From a bacterium (GTDB lineage Bacteria > Verrucomicrobiota > Lentisphaeria > Oligosphaerales > Oligosphaeraceae), in assembly GCA_963611685.1 (NCBI GenBank), contig CAVDSU010000001.1, positions 33,629 to 95,234 on the forward strand: a stretch of DNA of 61,606 nucleotides, in the 5' to 3' direction. The stretch's first letter is position 1. Each line of letters starts with the position of its first letter. Position numbers and translations under genes: made by a program. The notes under the pieces are model-generated. The model saw only the letters and a program-made list of their open reading frames with translations. It made no database searches and had not been told where the DNA came from. Of the stretch, positions 38,857 to 49,306 are shown in pieces.

Positions 38857-40110
38857 CTAGCCCTCAAAGCGGGAGAAGAGCACCGCCGCATTGTGGCCGC
38901 CGAAGCCCATGTTGAGCTTCAACGCGTGCCGCAGCTCCGGCAATTCCCGGGATTCATTGGCCATGTAGTCCAGATCGCAGGCGGGATCGGGATGATGGAG
39001 ATTGATGGTGCCCGGCGCCTTGCGGGTCTGGATGGCCTTCACGCAGACCATGGATTCAAAGCCGCCGGCGGCGCCCAGCAGGTGCCCCGTCATGGACTTT
39101 GTGCTGGAAATGGGGGTCTTGTAGGCGTGCTCGCCCAGCGCCAGCTTCAGCGCCTTGGTCTCCACGGCGTCGTTCATGGCGGTGCTGGTGCCGTGGGCAT
39201 TCACATAGCCCACTTCCTCGGGAGAGACCCCCGCATGCTGCAGGGCGATGCCAATGGCGCGGGCGGCGCCACTGCCATCCGCGGAGGGCGCGGTCACGTG
39301 ATACGCATCGCCGGTGGCGCCATATCCCGTGACCTCCGCCAAAATCCGTGCGCCGCGGGCGCGGGCGTGCTCCAGCTCCTCCAGCATCAGCACGCCGGCG
39401 CCAGAGCCCGGCACAAAGCCATCGCGCTCGGCATCGAAGGGCCGACTGGCGCCCTGGGGATCGGCGTTGTTGGCGGAAAGCGCCTTCATGGAACCGAAGG
39501 CGGCGATTCCCAGAGTCATGATGCCATTCTCCGTGCCGCCACACATGACGGCGTCGGCATCGCCGCGGCGAATCATCCAGGAGGCCTCGCCGATGGCGTG
39601 CAGGCCGCTGGCGCACGCGGAGACAATCCCGAAGTTGGGTCCCTGGAGATGATGGCGGATCGCCACCACGCCAGACGCCATGTCGCCGATCATCATGGGG
39701 ACGGTCATGGGGGAGACATGCCGGGGACCCTCTTTGGCCAGCACGGCATCCTGGGCAGTGATGGTCTGCAGCCCGCCAATGCCGGAGGAGATCATGACGC
39801 CAATGCGCTCGGGATCGATATTCTCGCCCGCCTTCAGGCCGCTGTCCTCCATGACCTGGTCACTGGCCGCCACCGCATACCAGCAGAAGGGATCCATGCG
39901 GCGCTGCTCCTTCACGGAAAGGAATTTCTCCAGGTCCAGCCCGCGCACCTGCCCGCCAATCCGGCAACGATACTCCTCGCCGTAGCCCTCCAACAACGAA
40001 ATGCCGCTGACGCCAGACAGCAGGTTCGACCAGACCTCCTCCACGGAAGACCCTAGGGGCGAGACTACACCCAGACCCGTTACTACGACACGACGGCCGA
40101 ATCGCTCCAT
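38857..40110 (-). CDS. fabF: beta-ketoacyl-ACP synthase II
   Basis: Track ORF to 40230 trimmed to ATG 40110 (MERFGRRVVVTGLGVVSPLG). Active-site blocks SACASG, HGTSTAMND and GHLLGAAG. Confidence 0.9.
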   Translation of the reverse strand: MERFGRRVVVTGLGVVSPLGSSVEEVWSNLLSGVSGISLLEGYGEEYRCRIGGQVRGLDLEKFLSVKEQRRMDPFCWYAVAASDQVMEDSGLKAGENIDPERIGVMISSGIGGLQTITAQDAVLAKEGPRHVSPMTVPMMIGDMASGVVAIRHHLQGPNFGIVSACASGLHAIGEASWMIRRGDADAVMCGGTENGIMTLGIAAFGSMKALSANNADPQGASRPFDAERDGFVPGSGAGVLMLEELEHARARGARILAEVTGYGATGDAYHVTAPSADGSGAARAIGIALQHAGVSPEEVGYVNAHGTSTAMNDAVETKALKLALGEHAYKTPISSTKSMTGHLLGAAGGFESMVCVKAIQTRKAPGTINLHHPDPACDLDYMANESRELPELRHALKLNMGFGGHNAAVLFSRFEG

Positions 40111-40232
40111 CTCAGTTCTCCTACTGCCTCTCTCAAAAAACTCCACACACGACCCCCGCGTACGCCCGCACGCGCGACACAAAAAGACGCCATCCACAAA
40201 AAAACGGCCGGCGCACAAAAGGGGAATCAATC

Positions 40233-40267
40233 AAAAAAGGGCCACAATCTCAGAAAGACTGCGGCCC
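40233..40267 (-). terminator. hairpin + T6 after acpP (terminator/attenuator before fabF)
   Basis: Minus strand: GGGCCGCA-N13-TGTGGCCC (one mismatch) followed by TTTTTT, 32 nt after the acpP stop. Confidence 0.6.
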
Positions 40268-40298
40268 TGTCAAATCAAATGCAGGAAGACTGCAAGAA

Positions 40299-40565
40299 TC
40301 AGCCCTCGGCCTTCTTCTCGGCGATGGCCTTCTCAATGTACTCCGCAGCCTTGCCGACGGTCTGCATGTTCTCCACCACATCATCCGGAATGGTGGGCAG
40401 ATCGAACTCGCCCTCAAACTTCATCACGAGCTCCACAATGTCCAGGGAATCCGCGTTCAGGTCCTCGATGAAACGGGCGGTGGGGACCACCTGGTCCTCA
40501 CGGACACCAAGCTGCTCCACGATGACTTTGCGGACACGCTCCAAAACACTGTTCTCTGCTTCCAT
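40299..40565 (-). CDS. acpP: acyl carrier protein
   Basis: 88 aa with the phosphopantetheine site [14 protein letters not shown]. Confidence 0.95.
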   Translation of the reverse strand: MEAENSVLERVRKVIVEQLGVREDQVVPTARFIEDLNADSLDIVELVMKFEGEFDLPTIPDDVVENMQTVGKAAEYIEKAIAEKKAEG

Positions 40566-40703
40566 AAGAAACGAAACTCCTAATCGATGGGATGTTGAAA
40601 AAAGTGACAGAAAAAAAGACGGACTGGGGGAAGAAAACTAGACAATAGCGCAAAATTCATGACAAAATGCGCAAATTCTCCCCTTTTGGTAGAATGTTTT
40701 CGT

Positions 40704-40731
40704 AAAATAATGCCTCCCCACCGTTTTTCAA
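40704..40731 (-). promoter_or_regulatory. sigma70-like promoter candidate for acpP
   Basis: Minus strand: TTGAAA (40726-40731), a 16-nt spacer, then TATTTT (40704-40709). Pattern match only. Confidence 0.35.
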
Positions 40732-40786
40732 GTCATGCGCCACCCCCTGTCCGGCCAGCGCGAAGGGCGTGGCAGTGGGGGCGTCT

Positions 40787-41545
40787 CTACATTGCCAGTC
40801 CGCCGTCGACGGAGAGGACCTGTCCGGTGATGTATCCGGCGGCCGGCGACGCCAGGAAGAGCACCGCGCTGGCGATCTCGGCGGGCTGTGCGATTCTTCC
40901 CAGGGGGATCTGTGTCTTGAGCTTTTCCTTGGCGGCCTCGGGGAGTGCGTCGGTCATGGCGGTCTGGACGAATCCGGGTGCCACGGCATTGACAGTGATG
41001 GAGCGGCTCGCCAGTTCCCGCGCCACGGCCTTGGTGAGTCCCAGGATGCCGGCTTTTGCGGCGGCGTAGTTCGCCTGTCCGGGATTGCCCATGATTCCGA
41101 CCACGGAGGAGATGCTGACTATGCGTCCGTGGCGTTGCTTGAGCATGGGTCTCACGGCAGCGCGGATGCAGTTGTACACGCCCTTGAGGTTGGTGTCCAG
41201 CACGGCATCCCAGTCCTCCTCGGGGAGTCTCATGACCAGGTTATCGCGAGTGATTCCGGCGTTGTTCACGAGGACATCCAATTGCTGTCCGAAGTCCTGG
41301 AGGATTTGGTCGAAGGTCTTCTGAACCTCGGCGGTATTCTTGATGTCGCAGGCGTATCCGGTCACCATTTCAGAGGAGACCTGGCAGAGGCCGGCCACCT
41401 CGCTGGCTGCCGCCTGGGCGCTCTCCAGGCGAGTGCCCAAAAGCGCCACCCGGGCGCCCTCTTTCACGAAGCTCTCCACAATGGCACGCCCGATGCCTCT
41501 GGTTCCGCCCGTCACCACGGCGGTCTGTCCCGCTAAAATGCCCAT
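40787..41545 (-). CDS. fabG: 3-oxoacyl-ACP reductase
   Basis: SDR motifs TGGTRGIGRA, NNAG and YAAAKAG. Confidence 0.9.
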   Translation of the reverse strand: MGILAGQTAVVTGGTRGIGRAIVESFVKEGARVALLGTRLESAQAAASEVAGLCQVSSEMVTGYACDIKNTAEVQKTFDQILQDFGQQLDVLVNNAGITRDNLVMRLPEEDWDAVLDTNLKGVYNCIRAAVRPMLKQRHGRIVSISSVVGIMGNPGQANYAAAKAGILGLTKAVARELASRSITVNAVAPGFVQTAMTDALPEAAKEKLKTQIPLGRIAQPAEIASAVLFLASPAAGYITGQVLSVDGGLAM

Positions 41546-41602
41546 AAAAAAACTCCTGTCTCCTTCGTTGCGTTGGGGATGGTTTTCGGTCTGAGAAAAT
41601 TC

Positions 41603-42499
41603 CTACAGTTCCATGGAATGGACGGGGAATCCGCGGCGGATGCGCCGACAGAGTCCCTGGAGCACCTTTCCGGGTCCGGTCTCCTCCATGGCGTCGCTGC
41701 AGTCCATGAGCTTTCCGGCGCACTGTTCCCAGCGGACGGGCGAGCACACCTGCCGTCCCAGCAGATCCCGGAGGGAGGGGCTTCCCGGGGCATCCGTCCA
41801 GTCGCCGGTCACATTGTGCACCATGGGGATTTCGGGTGCCTGGATGTCGACAGTATCCAAGTATTCCCGGAAGGCCTTCGCCGCATCCTCCATGAGGGGC
41901 GAGTGGAAGGCGCCGGCCACCGACAGCTTCTGCAGCTTCATCGCCTTTCCCACCAAGAGAGAAAGGCACTTCTCCACATTCTCCTGCAGGCCGCTGACAA
42001 TGCGCTGCCCCGGGCAATTGTAGTTGGCTACCCACACGCCCGCTTCCCGACAGGCCGCCTCCAATTCCTCCTCGGGACAGCCCACCACCGCGCCCATGGC
42101 GCCGGCCTGGCGCCTGCAGCACTGGTCCATGAGCTCGCCTCGGCGCGCCACCATGCGCAAGCCCGTCTCAAAATCCACCGCGCCCGCCGCGGTCAATGCG
42201 GAGAGCTCTCCCAAGGAGAGACCGCCCGCCGCCACGGGCTTCCAGTCCTCGCCCGCCTTTTCCCGGAAGGCGGCATAGCCCGCCAGGCTGCAGACGAAGA
42301 TCGCCGGCTGGCAAGCGGCGCAGGCGGTGAGTTCCTCCATGGTGCCCTCGAAGCACAGATGCGAAATGGACCACCCGAGCACGGCGTCCGCACGACGGAA
42401 GAGTTCCGCCGCCGCGCGGGATTCCTGGCAAAGCGCATGCCCCATTCCGGGATGCTGGGCGCCCTGCCCTGCAAAGATAAATGCGGTCCTGTTTTCCAT
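41603..42499 (-). CDS. fabD: malonyl CoA-ACP transacylase
   Basis: Track ORF to 42538 trimmed to ATG 42499 (MENRTAFIFAGQGAQHPGMG). Active-site GLSLGE. Confidence 0.9.
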   Translation of the reverse strand: MENRTAFIFAGQGAQHPGMGHALCQESRAAAELFRRADAVLGWSISHLCFEGTMEELTACAACQPAIFVCSLAGYAAFREKAGEDWKPVAAGGLSLGELSALTAAGAVDFETGLRMVARRGELMDQCCRRQAGAMGAVVGCPEEELEAACREAGVWVANYNCPGQRIVSGLQENVEKCLSLLVGKAMKLQKLSVAGAFHSPLMEDAAKAFREYLDTVDIQAPEIPMVHNVTGDWTDAPGSPSLRDLLGRQVCSPVRWEQCAGKLMDCSDAMEETGPGKVLQGLCRRIRRGFPVHSMEL

Positions 42500-42555
42500 G
42501 GTGCAACAGCAAAGATGTTTTGAGAAACGCCGCCCCAATTCGGGGATTCAAGAAA

Positions 42556-42586
42556 GCCGACATCCCGGAAAATGTGGAATGTCGGC
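42556..42586 (-). terminator. hairpin after plsX (weak terminator candidate)
   Basis: GCCGACAT-N15-ATGTCGGC. On the minus strand it is followed by TTTCTT. Confidence 0.4.
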
Positions 42587-42670
42587 CTTTGCGAAGGGAA
42601 GGAAAGAACTCCCCCCTTGGAAAAATGAAAATGCGCGGAACCGGGGAGTCCCCTCCCCCGCCCCCGGCAG

Positions 42671-43708
42671 CTACTCGAGGGTGTCCAGCGCGTACTGGTG
42701 CACCGCCTCCACGATGCGGCCGTTCATCTGATTGCAAATCAGTTCAGCCACCGCGCGAATGCCATTGGCCACGCCATGCCCCTGGAAATTCCCGTGTCCA
42801 ATGACGCAGCAGCCCTTCACGCCCAACAGCGGCGCGCCGCCCACTTCGCTGGCATCCGTGCGGCGCTTGAGCTCGCCGAAGGCGCCCTTGCAGAGCAGCC
42901 CCCCCACCTTCCAGAGGGTCTTCTGCATCACGGACTCCTTGATCATGCCCGCCAGGGACTTGGAGAGCTGCTCGCTGGTCTTCAGGACGATATTGCCCAC
43001 GAAGCCATCGCAAACCACCACGTCCACCACGTCGCGGAAGAGGTCGTGGCCCTCCACGTTGCCCACAAAGTGAATGCCGGGCATCTTCTTGAGCAGCGCG
43101 TAGGCCTCCTGGACCTGTCGATTGCCCTTGCCTTCCTCCGTGCCATTGCTCAACAGACCCACCCGCGGCTCGGAAAGCCCCAGGGCCTGCTTCGCATAGA
43201 GGTCGCCCATGACCGCAAAGTGCGCCAGCATCAGCGGCGTGCAGTCCACCGTGGCGCCGGAGTCCATCAGGACCCAGGGATGCTTCTCCCCAGGCAGGAC
43301 CGTGGCAATGCCGGGACGCGAGAGCCCCTCCAGCATCCGCCACTTCAGGAAGGAGGCGCCCACCGCGGCGCCCGTATTGCCCGCGCTGAAGACGCCGCCG
43401 GCGCGGCCCGTCTTCACCATGTCCATCGCCACGGCAATGGAGCTGCGGGGCTTCTCCCGCAGCGCGCGGACGGGATGCTCGTCCATGCCCACCACCTGCG
43501 GCGCGTCCTCGAAGGAGAGCCGGGGATCCGACTCGGAGATGCCGCGCTCCTTCAGGCCGCGGATCACCTCGTCGCGGGGTCCCACCAGGAGGTAGGCGTA
43601 GTCCTCGCCAAAGCGCGCCAGCGCCTCCGCGACTCCATCCAGGACGGCTGCGGGCGCAAAGTCGCCTCCCATCATATCCACGGCAACGACGGCCTTCGGT
43701 TCGGACAT
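42671..43708 (-). CDS. plsX: phosphate acyltransferase PlsX
   Basis: MSEPKAVVAVDMMGGDFAPAAVLDGV... with PlsX family length and blocks. Confidence 0.9.
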   Translation of the reverse strand: MSEPKAVVAVDMMGGDFAPAAVLDGVAEALARFGEDYAYLLVGPRDEVIRGLKERGISESDPRLSFEDAPQVVGMDEHPVRALREKPRSSIAVAMDMVKTGRAGGVFSAGNTGAAVGASFLKWRMLEGLSRPGIATVLPGEKHPWVLMDSGATVDCTPLMLAHFAVMGDLYAKQALGLSEPRVGLLSNGTEEGKGNRQVQEAYALLKKMPGIHFVGNVEGHDLFRDVVDVVVCDGFVGNIVLKTSEQLSKSLAGMIKESVMQKTLWKVGGLLCKGAFGELKRRTDASEVGGAPLLGVKGCCVIGHGNFQGHGVANGIRAVAELICNQMNGRIVEAVHQYALDTLE

Positions 43709-43773
43709 ATTTCGTGCAATGATTGAAAAAACTCCGGCGCCGGCGAGGTCCCCCCTCGACGCGCCGCGTGTTT

Positions 43774-43811
43774 AAAAACAAACTGCGAAACCCCTCGAGT
43801 GGATTTCGCAG
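43774..43811 (-). terminator. hairpin + T-rich tract between rpmF and plsX
   Basis: Minus strand: CTGCGAAA-N13-TTTCGCAG followed by TTTGTTTTT. Confidence 0.6.
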
Positions 43812-43854
43812 ATTGAGCGGGAGAGTATGACTCTATCGTCTCCCAGGCGACGCC

Positions 43855-44043
43855 TTATGCTTCCTTGCCCTTGAGCTGGAGCACCTGCTTGCCATCATAG
43901 TAACCGCAAGCGGTGCAGATCCGGTGAGGCAGGCAGGGCGCGCCGCAGTTGGTGCAGGTGTGGGGCTCCAGGCCGCGATAGCGGATCTGGGCCTTACGCT
44001 GACGGACACGCATCTTGGACTTCTTGCACTGCTGAACAGCCAT
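43855..44043 (-). CDS. rpmF: 50S ribosomal protein L32
   Basis: MAVQQCKKSKMRVRQRKAQ... with a CxxC...CxxC zinc ribbon (CTNCGAPCLPHRICTACG). Confidence 0.9.
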   Translation of the reverse strand: MAVQQCKKSKMRVRQRKAQIRYRGLEPHTCTNCGAPCLPHRICTACGYYDGKQVLQLKGKEA

Positions 44044-44143
44044 TGTTCTCTAAGCTCCTGATTTCGTTGATGACTTGTCGCCTCGCCCACGGGAAAAGTC
44101 CCCGACAGACGGGCGGTTTCCAATTTGACAAAAAAATTGCTCG

Positions 44144-44662
44144 TCACTCCCTGGGGGAGAGACCATCCAGGGCGGACCATGGATTCTCCTCTTCGAAGCC
44201 CTCCTCGCCCTCGTCGGGACAGCCGCAGGGACCCTCGTTCAGATTCGCCCCACAGTGCGGGCACAATCCCAGACAGTCTTCGCGGCAGAGGAATCTCTGC
44301 GGAAAAGCCATTAATATATCCTCTCGAAGCCCGTCTGACAGATCAACCGTGGTTCCGAAGGCATTCTCCACCTCATGGCAGACGTCATCCGTCTCGATCT
44401 TCCATGAATACGCCGCCTCGCAACGGTCGCAGACCGCCTCCATCTGGACGGAGAGCTTCCCCTGCACCAGCAGGTCGTTGCCGCCATTGATGGCCTCCAG
44501 GCGGAGGCGATACTCCACGGGAGAGAGGAAGCGGAAGCGCTCCTCGTCCTCCAGGGAGAGCTCCTCGGCAGGCACGCTGCCCGAGAGCTCCAGTCCCTCC
44601 GGCGGTAGGTCCACCAAATCGAACTGCACGCCGCGCACGGGCTTGTTAGAGAATTCGCTCAT
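44144..44662 (-). CDS. yceD: YceD/DUF177 family protein
   Basis: Canonical position upstream of rpmF. C-terminal Cys cluster (CREDCLGLCPHCGANLNEGPCGC). Confidence 0.8.
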   Translation of the reverse strand: MSEFSNKPVRGVQFDLVDLPPEGLELSGSVPAEELSLEDEERFRFLSPVEYRLRLEAINGGNDLLVQGKLSVQMEAVCDRCEAAYSWKIETDDVCHEVENAFGTTVDLSDGLREDILMAFPQRFLCREDCLGLCPHCGANLNEGPCGCPDEGEEGFEEENPWSALDGLSPRE

Positions 44663-44677
44663 GGACGCGGGAGGCGG

Positions 44678-45550
44678 CTAGTGGATGAGTCCCAGGGACC
44701 GCATGGTATTCATGAGGGTCTCCCGGTTTGCGGCGCCCATTTCGCAGAGCGGCAGGCGGTATTCCTCGTCCATGAGTCCCATGGCGGCCATGGCGGCCTT
44801 CACGGGAATGGGGTTGGCCTCCAGGAAGAGGTCGTGCGCCAGGGGATAGAAGCGTCGGTGGATCGCCTGCGCCTTTGTGTAGTCGCCGGCAAGCGCCAGG
44901 CGGCACATCTCGGAGTAGGCCTCCGGCGCCACATTGGAAAGCACGCTGATCACGCCGGAGGCGCCCACGCACATCATGGGCAGCGCCAGGCTGTCGTCGC
45001 CAGAAAGAATGGTCAAGTCGCAGATGCGGCGGATGGCGTTGACGCGCTCCACGCTGCCGGCGGCCTCCTTGATGGCGGCCACCTGGGGATGCTTTGCCAG
45101 GCGCGCCACCACGTCCAGGGGGATCTCCTTGCCGGTGCGTCCAGGCACATTGTAGAGAATGATCGGCAGCTTGGTGCACTCCGCCACCGTGGTGAAGTGA
45201 CGATACAGTCCCTCGGAGGAGGGCTTGTTGTAGTAGGGAGTCACCTGCAAGGTGGCATCCACCTGCATGTCCGCCACTGCCTTGGTCAAGCGGATGGCCT
45301 CCTCCGTGGAGTTGCCGCCCGTTCCCGCGATGACCTGGCAACGGCCGGCGACCTTCTCCGCCACAAAACGGATGACGTCGATGTGCTCCTCCATGGTCAG
45401 GGTGGGAGATTCGCCCGTGGTGCCCACGGGGACCACGCCGGCCACGCCGCCGGCAATCTGGCGCTCCAACAACGCCTCCATGGCGGGATAATCCACCACT
45501 CCGTTGCGGAAAGGAGTGACAAGCGCGGTGTAGCAACCCTGGAGTTTCAT
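44678..45550 (-). CDS. dapA: 4-hydroxy-tetrahydrodipicolinate synthase
   Basis: Track ORF 44678..46150 is 5'-extended over queA. Real start is ATG 45550 (MKLQGCYTALVTPF...GTTGES...AAIKEA). Confidence 0.9.
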   Translation of the reverse strand: MKLQGCYTALVTPFRNGVVDYPAMEALLERQIAGGVAGVVPVGTTGESPTLTMEEHIDVIRFVAEKVAGRCQVIAGTGGNSTEEAIRLTKAVADMQVDATLQVTPYYNKPSSEGLYRHFTTVAECTKLPIILYNVPGRTGKEIPLDVVARLAKHPQVAAIKEAAGSVERVNAIRRICDLTILSGDDSLALPMMCVGASGVISVLSNVAPEAYSEMCRLALAGDYTKAQAIHRRFYPLAHDLFLEANPIPVKAAMAAMGLMDEEYRLPLCEMGAANRETLMNTMRSLGLIH

Positions 45551-45627
45551 GGCAGAGAAGAAAAAGAATGGGGGAATTGGAGGGGGACGATTTTTTTGCC
45601 GAAGCGGCGTGCGGGAAAGCGCGCTTA

Positions 45628-46680
45628 CTATAATTGCCGCCCGGGTGGCAGAAGGAGCATGCAGTCGCCGTAGCTGAAGAAGCGGTAGCGTTCCTGGACG
45701 GCCTGGCGGTATGCCTCCATGACCTGGTCGTGGGGCGCCAGGCAGCACACCAGCATGAGCAGCGTGGACTGCGGGAGATGGAAGTTCGTGAGCAGTCCGT
45801 CGGTGACCCGGAGCCTCTTTGGGGGATAGAGGAAGATGCTGGTGCGGCCGGTGCCGGGGATCACCCTGCCGAGATTTTCGGGATCGGCGCAGGTCTCCAG
45901 GGTGCGCACGGAGGTGGTGCCCATGCAAAAGACCTTCCCGCCCCGCTCGTGGGTGCCGTTGATGATGTCCGCGGTCTCTTGGGGCAGGAAATACCGCTCT
46001 TCGTGCATCACGTGCTCCTCGATGGTCTTGCTCTCCACCGGCCGGAAGGTCCCCGCGCCCACATGAAGGGTGACGCGCGCCAGGGAGACGCCCTTTGCCT
46101 CCAGCTCCGCCAAGATCTCCGGCGTCAAGTGCAATCCCGCCGTGGGACACGCCACGCTGCCGGGATTCCGGGCATAGACCGTCTGGTAGTCCTCCTTGTC
46201 GGACTCCTCCGCCTCGCGGGTGATGTAGGGCGGCAACGGCGTCTTGCCGTATTTCTCCAGAATCTCCAGGACGTCGTCACGGTCGAACTCCACCAGGCAG
46301 GCGCCATCGGGCGCCTTCTCCAGCACCGTGAGGCCACTGCCATCGCCATCCAACACAATGCGGGCGCCTATGCGCAGGCGACGACCCGGCTTCAAGAAAA
46401 CCTGCCACTGACGCCCGCCACGACTCTCCAACATGAAGACCTGCACCTTCCCCATGGTCTCGGGACGATGCCCCCAGAGGCGCGCGGGAATGACGCGGGT
46501 GTCGTTGAGCACTAGGCAATCCCCCGGCTGCAGATACTCCGCAAAATGGTGGAAATCCGTGGAGAGCCTCCGGCCCGTGGCGCGCTCCATCACCAGCATC
46601 TTCGCCGCCGCGCGATCCGCCAAGGGGCGCTGCGCAATGAGCTCGGGAGGCAATTCGAAGTCAAAATCGGATACAAGCAT
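45628..46680 (-). CDS. queA: tRNA preQ1(34) S-adenosylmethionine ribosyltransferase-isomerase
   Basis: MLVSDFDFELPPELIAQRPL...; family-typical length of 350 aa. Confidence 0.9.
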   Translation of the reverse strand: MLVSDFDFELPPELIAQRPLADRAAAKMLVMERATGRRLSTDFHHFAEYLQPGDCLVLNDTRVIPARLWGHRPETMGKVQVFMLESRGGRQWQVFLKPGRRLRIGARIVLDGDGSGLTVLEKAPDGACLVEFDRDDVLEILEKYGKTPLPPYITREAEESDKEDYQTVYARNPGSVACPTAGLHLTPEILAELEAKGVSLARVTLHVGAGTFRPVESKTIEEHVMHEERYFLPQETADIINGTHERGGKVFCMGTTSVRTLETCADPENLGRVIPGTGRTSIFLYPPKRLRVTDGLLTNFHLPQSTLLMLVCCLAPHDQVMEAYRQAVQERYRFFSYGDCMLLLPPGRQL

Positions 46681-46726
46681 TCTCGTTCCCCTTGCCGGAC
46701 GAAGGCATCCGGCGCACGCGCCGACG

Positions 46727-47185
46727 CTAGCCCCGGGCGCCGCCCTTCACGGCGCGCTCGGCCTCCCGGCGGTCCAGCTGCTCCTTCATGGCGTCCCGCT
46801 TGTCGTGGAGATTCTTTCCTCGGCAGACGCCAATGTCCAGCTTGATGTGCCCCCGGTCGTCGAAATAGGCCTCCAGGGGAATAATGGTCAGCCCCTTCGC
46901 CTCCGTGGAACGCTTCAGCTTCCGGATCTCCTTCTTGTGGAGGAGCAGCTGACGCTGCCGCGTGGGCGCGTGGTTGTTGTAGCTCCCCATGGCATACGGC
47001 GCAATATTGCATCCCAGCAACTGCGCATTTCCGCGCTGGTCGATGGCGATGTAGGACTGCGCCAGGGACATTCCGCCATTGCGGCAGGACTTCACTTCCG
47101 TGCCCGTCAGGGCAATGCCCGCCTGGAGCTTCTCCAGCACCTGGTAGTCGTGATACGCCCGCTTGTTTTGGCAGATGTTCTTCAT
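46727..47185 (-). CDS. smpB: SsrA-binding protein
   Basis: Track ORF to 47242 trimmed to ATG 47185 (MKNICQNKRAYHDYQVLEKLQAGIALTGTEVKS...). Confidence 0.9.
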   Translation of the reverse strand: MKNICQNKRAYHDYQVLEKLQAGIALTGTEVKSCRNGGMSLAQSYIAIDQRGNAQLLGCNIAPYAMGSYNNHAPTRQRQLLLHKKEIRKLKRSTEAKGLTIIPLEAYFDDRGHIKLDIGVCRGKNLHDKRDAMKEQLDRREAERAVKGGARG

Positions 47186-47214
47186 GGGGAGATGAGAGGG
47201 ACCAGACGTGGCCG

Positions 47215-49023
47215 CTAGTCGTTGCCGCCGCTCCAGCCCCACTTCTTCAGGACCTTCTTGCGCAGGCGAATGCTCTTGGGAGTCACCTCCATCAGCTCGT
47301 CGTCGTTGATGAAGCTAATGCAGTCCTCCAGGCTCATCTGCACCGGCGGAGTCAAAATGATGTTCTCGTCAGAGCCCGCGGCACGGACGTTGGTCAGCTT
47401 CTTCGCCTTGCCGGGATTCACCAGCATGTCGCCCTCGCGGGCATTCTCGCCGATGATCTGTCCGGCGTAGATCTTCACGTTGGGGCCCAGGAAGAGCCGT
47501 CCGCGCTCCTGCAGATTGAACAGCGCGTAGGGCACCGCGTCGCAGGCGCACATGGAGACCATGGCGCCATGCTGCCGGTAGACGATCTCGCCCGCGTAGG
47601 GCTCGTAGCCGCTGAAGAGGTAGTTCATCACGCCCAGGCCCTTGGTGTCCGTCATGAATTCGGAACGGTAGCCCAGAAGGCCGCGGGTGGGAATCAGGTA
47701 GACGATGCGCGCCATGCCGTTGTCCGTCTCCATGGACTGGATGCGGCCCTTCCGCAGCCCCAGCTTCTCCATGACGGGACCCACGTAATTCTGGTCCACA
47801 TCCACGGTCAGCTCCTCGAAGGGCTCCAGCTTCTCGCCGTTGGGACCCGTCTGGTAGATCACCACGGGACGAGTGCACTCCATCTCGTAGCCCTCACGGC
47901 GCATCTGCTCGATGAGCACCGAGAGGTGCAGCTCGCCACGGCCAGAGACCGTGAAGCCCTGCCCCACCCCCAGCGGCACCACCTGCAATGCCACGTCGGA
48001 CATGGTCTCGCGACGGAGCCGCTCCTCCAGGTGGCTGCTGGTGACGTAGGTGCCCTCCTGACCCGCGAAGGGCGAGCCATTGGGCAGGAAGTTCATGGAG
48101 ATGGTGGGCGGGTCGATGGGCATGGGCGGCAGGGGAATGGGATTCTCCGGAGAGGTGTAGGTACATCCCACCGTCACGTCATTCATGCCCGCGATGCCCA
48201 CGATGTCGCCGCAGGAGGCCTCGTTGACCTGGAACTTCTTGTTGGACTCAAAGCGGAAGATCTGCGCAATGCGCGCGGGCTTCAGAGTGCCGTCGCGCAT
48301 GGCCACCACCGTGGCCTGGTTGATGTCGATCTTGCCGCTGGTAATCTTGCCGATGCCGATACGACCCAAATAGGGGGAGTAGTCCAGGGTCGAGATCAGC
48401 ACCTGCAGGGGGCCCTCCGGAGAGCCCTTGGGCGCCGGAATGTCCTTGATGATGTGCTCGCACAACGCCGTCAGGTCCTTGCGCTCGTCATCCAGGTTGT
48501 CCACGGACCAGCCGTCACGCCCGGAGGCATACACCACCGGGAAGTCCAGCAGGTCGTCGGGGGCGTTCAGGCGCACGAAGAGATCGAAGACCTGGTCCAC
48601 CGCCCAGTAGGGACGCGCGGCGGGCTTGTCGATCTTGTTGATGACCACCACGATCGGCAGAGAGAGGGAGAGCGCCTTCTTCAGCACGAAGAAGGTCTGG
48701 GGCATGGGGCCCTCCTGGGCGTCCACCAGCAACAGCGCGCCATCCGCCATCTTCAACACGCGCTCCACCTGACCGCCAAAGTCCGCGTGTCCGGGAGTGT
48801 CGATGATGTTGATGGTGTAGTCCTTGTACATGAAGGACCCGTTCTTGCTCGTGATGGTGATGCCGCGCTCACGCTCAATGGCGTTGGAGTCCATCATGCA
48901 CTCCTCCACCTTCTGGTTGTCACGGAACATCCCGCTGAACTTGAAGAGCTGGTCCACCAATGTGGTCTTGCCATGGTCGACGTGCGCGATGATGGCAATG
49001 TTGCGAATCTTCGACTGGTCCAT
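47215..49023 (-). CDS. typA: translational GTPase TypA/BipA
   Basis: Trimmed to ATG 49023 ([22 protein letters not shown]). G-domain motifs DTPGH and NKID. BipA-type C-terminal domain. Confidence 0.93.
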   Translation of the reverse strand: MDQSKIRNIAIIAHVDHGKTTLVDQLFKFSGMFRDNQKVEECMMDSNAIERERGITITSKNGSFMYKDYTINIIDTPGHADFGGQVERVLKMADGALLLVDAQEGPMPQTFFVLKKALSLSLPIVVVINKIDKPAARPYWAVDQVFDLFVRLNAPDDLLDFPVVYASGRDGWSVDNLDDERKDLTALCEHIIKDIPAPKGSPEGPLQVLISTLDYSPYLGRIGIGKITSGKIDINQATVVAMRDGTLKPARIAQIFRFESNKKFQVNEASCGDIVGIAGMNDVTVGCTYTSPENPIPLPPMPIDPPTISMNFLPNGSPFAGQEGTYVTSSHLEERLRRETMSDVALQVVPLGVGQGFTVSGRGELHLSVLIEQMRREGYEMECTRPVVIYQTGPNGEKLEPFEELTVDVDQNYVGPVMEKLGLRKGRIQSMETDNGMARIVYLIPTRGLLGYRSEFMTDTKGLGVMNYLFSGYEPYAGEIVYRQHGAMVSMCACDAVPYALFNLQERGRLFLGPNVKIYAGQIIGENAREGDMLVNPGKAKKLTNVRAAGSDENIILTPPVQMSLEDCISFINDDELMEVTPKSIRLRKKVLKKWGWSGGND

Positions 49024-49306
49024 CAAAATCCCTCTCCTCCCACGCAAAATCACAGGGAGGACACTGCTAAAAACTAAAAGTCCGACGCCATCGACAACTC
49101 CAATGACGCCACGGAAAAAAATAACGGCATCCCGAAAATCTCGTTAAAATAACTCGTAATAGGGATTCTGTCGCCTTTTGACAGGAATTGGCAGAGTTTA
49201 TGCCGGACGGCGAGACGGGCAATGCAAGTCAGGAGTCCGCGCCCCGTTTTCCCCCCTCTTTCGCCATCCCATATCGCCCATGAGCCGCTTGCCTTGGCGC
49301 GGCCCT

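Noticed and set aside
46681-47214. Looked for tmRNA (ssrA) next to smpB
   Set aside because: The flanking spacers are only 46 and 29 nt, which leaves no room for a ~350-nt tmRNA. It must be encoded elsewhere.
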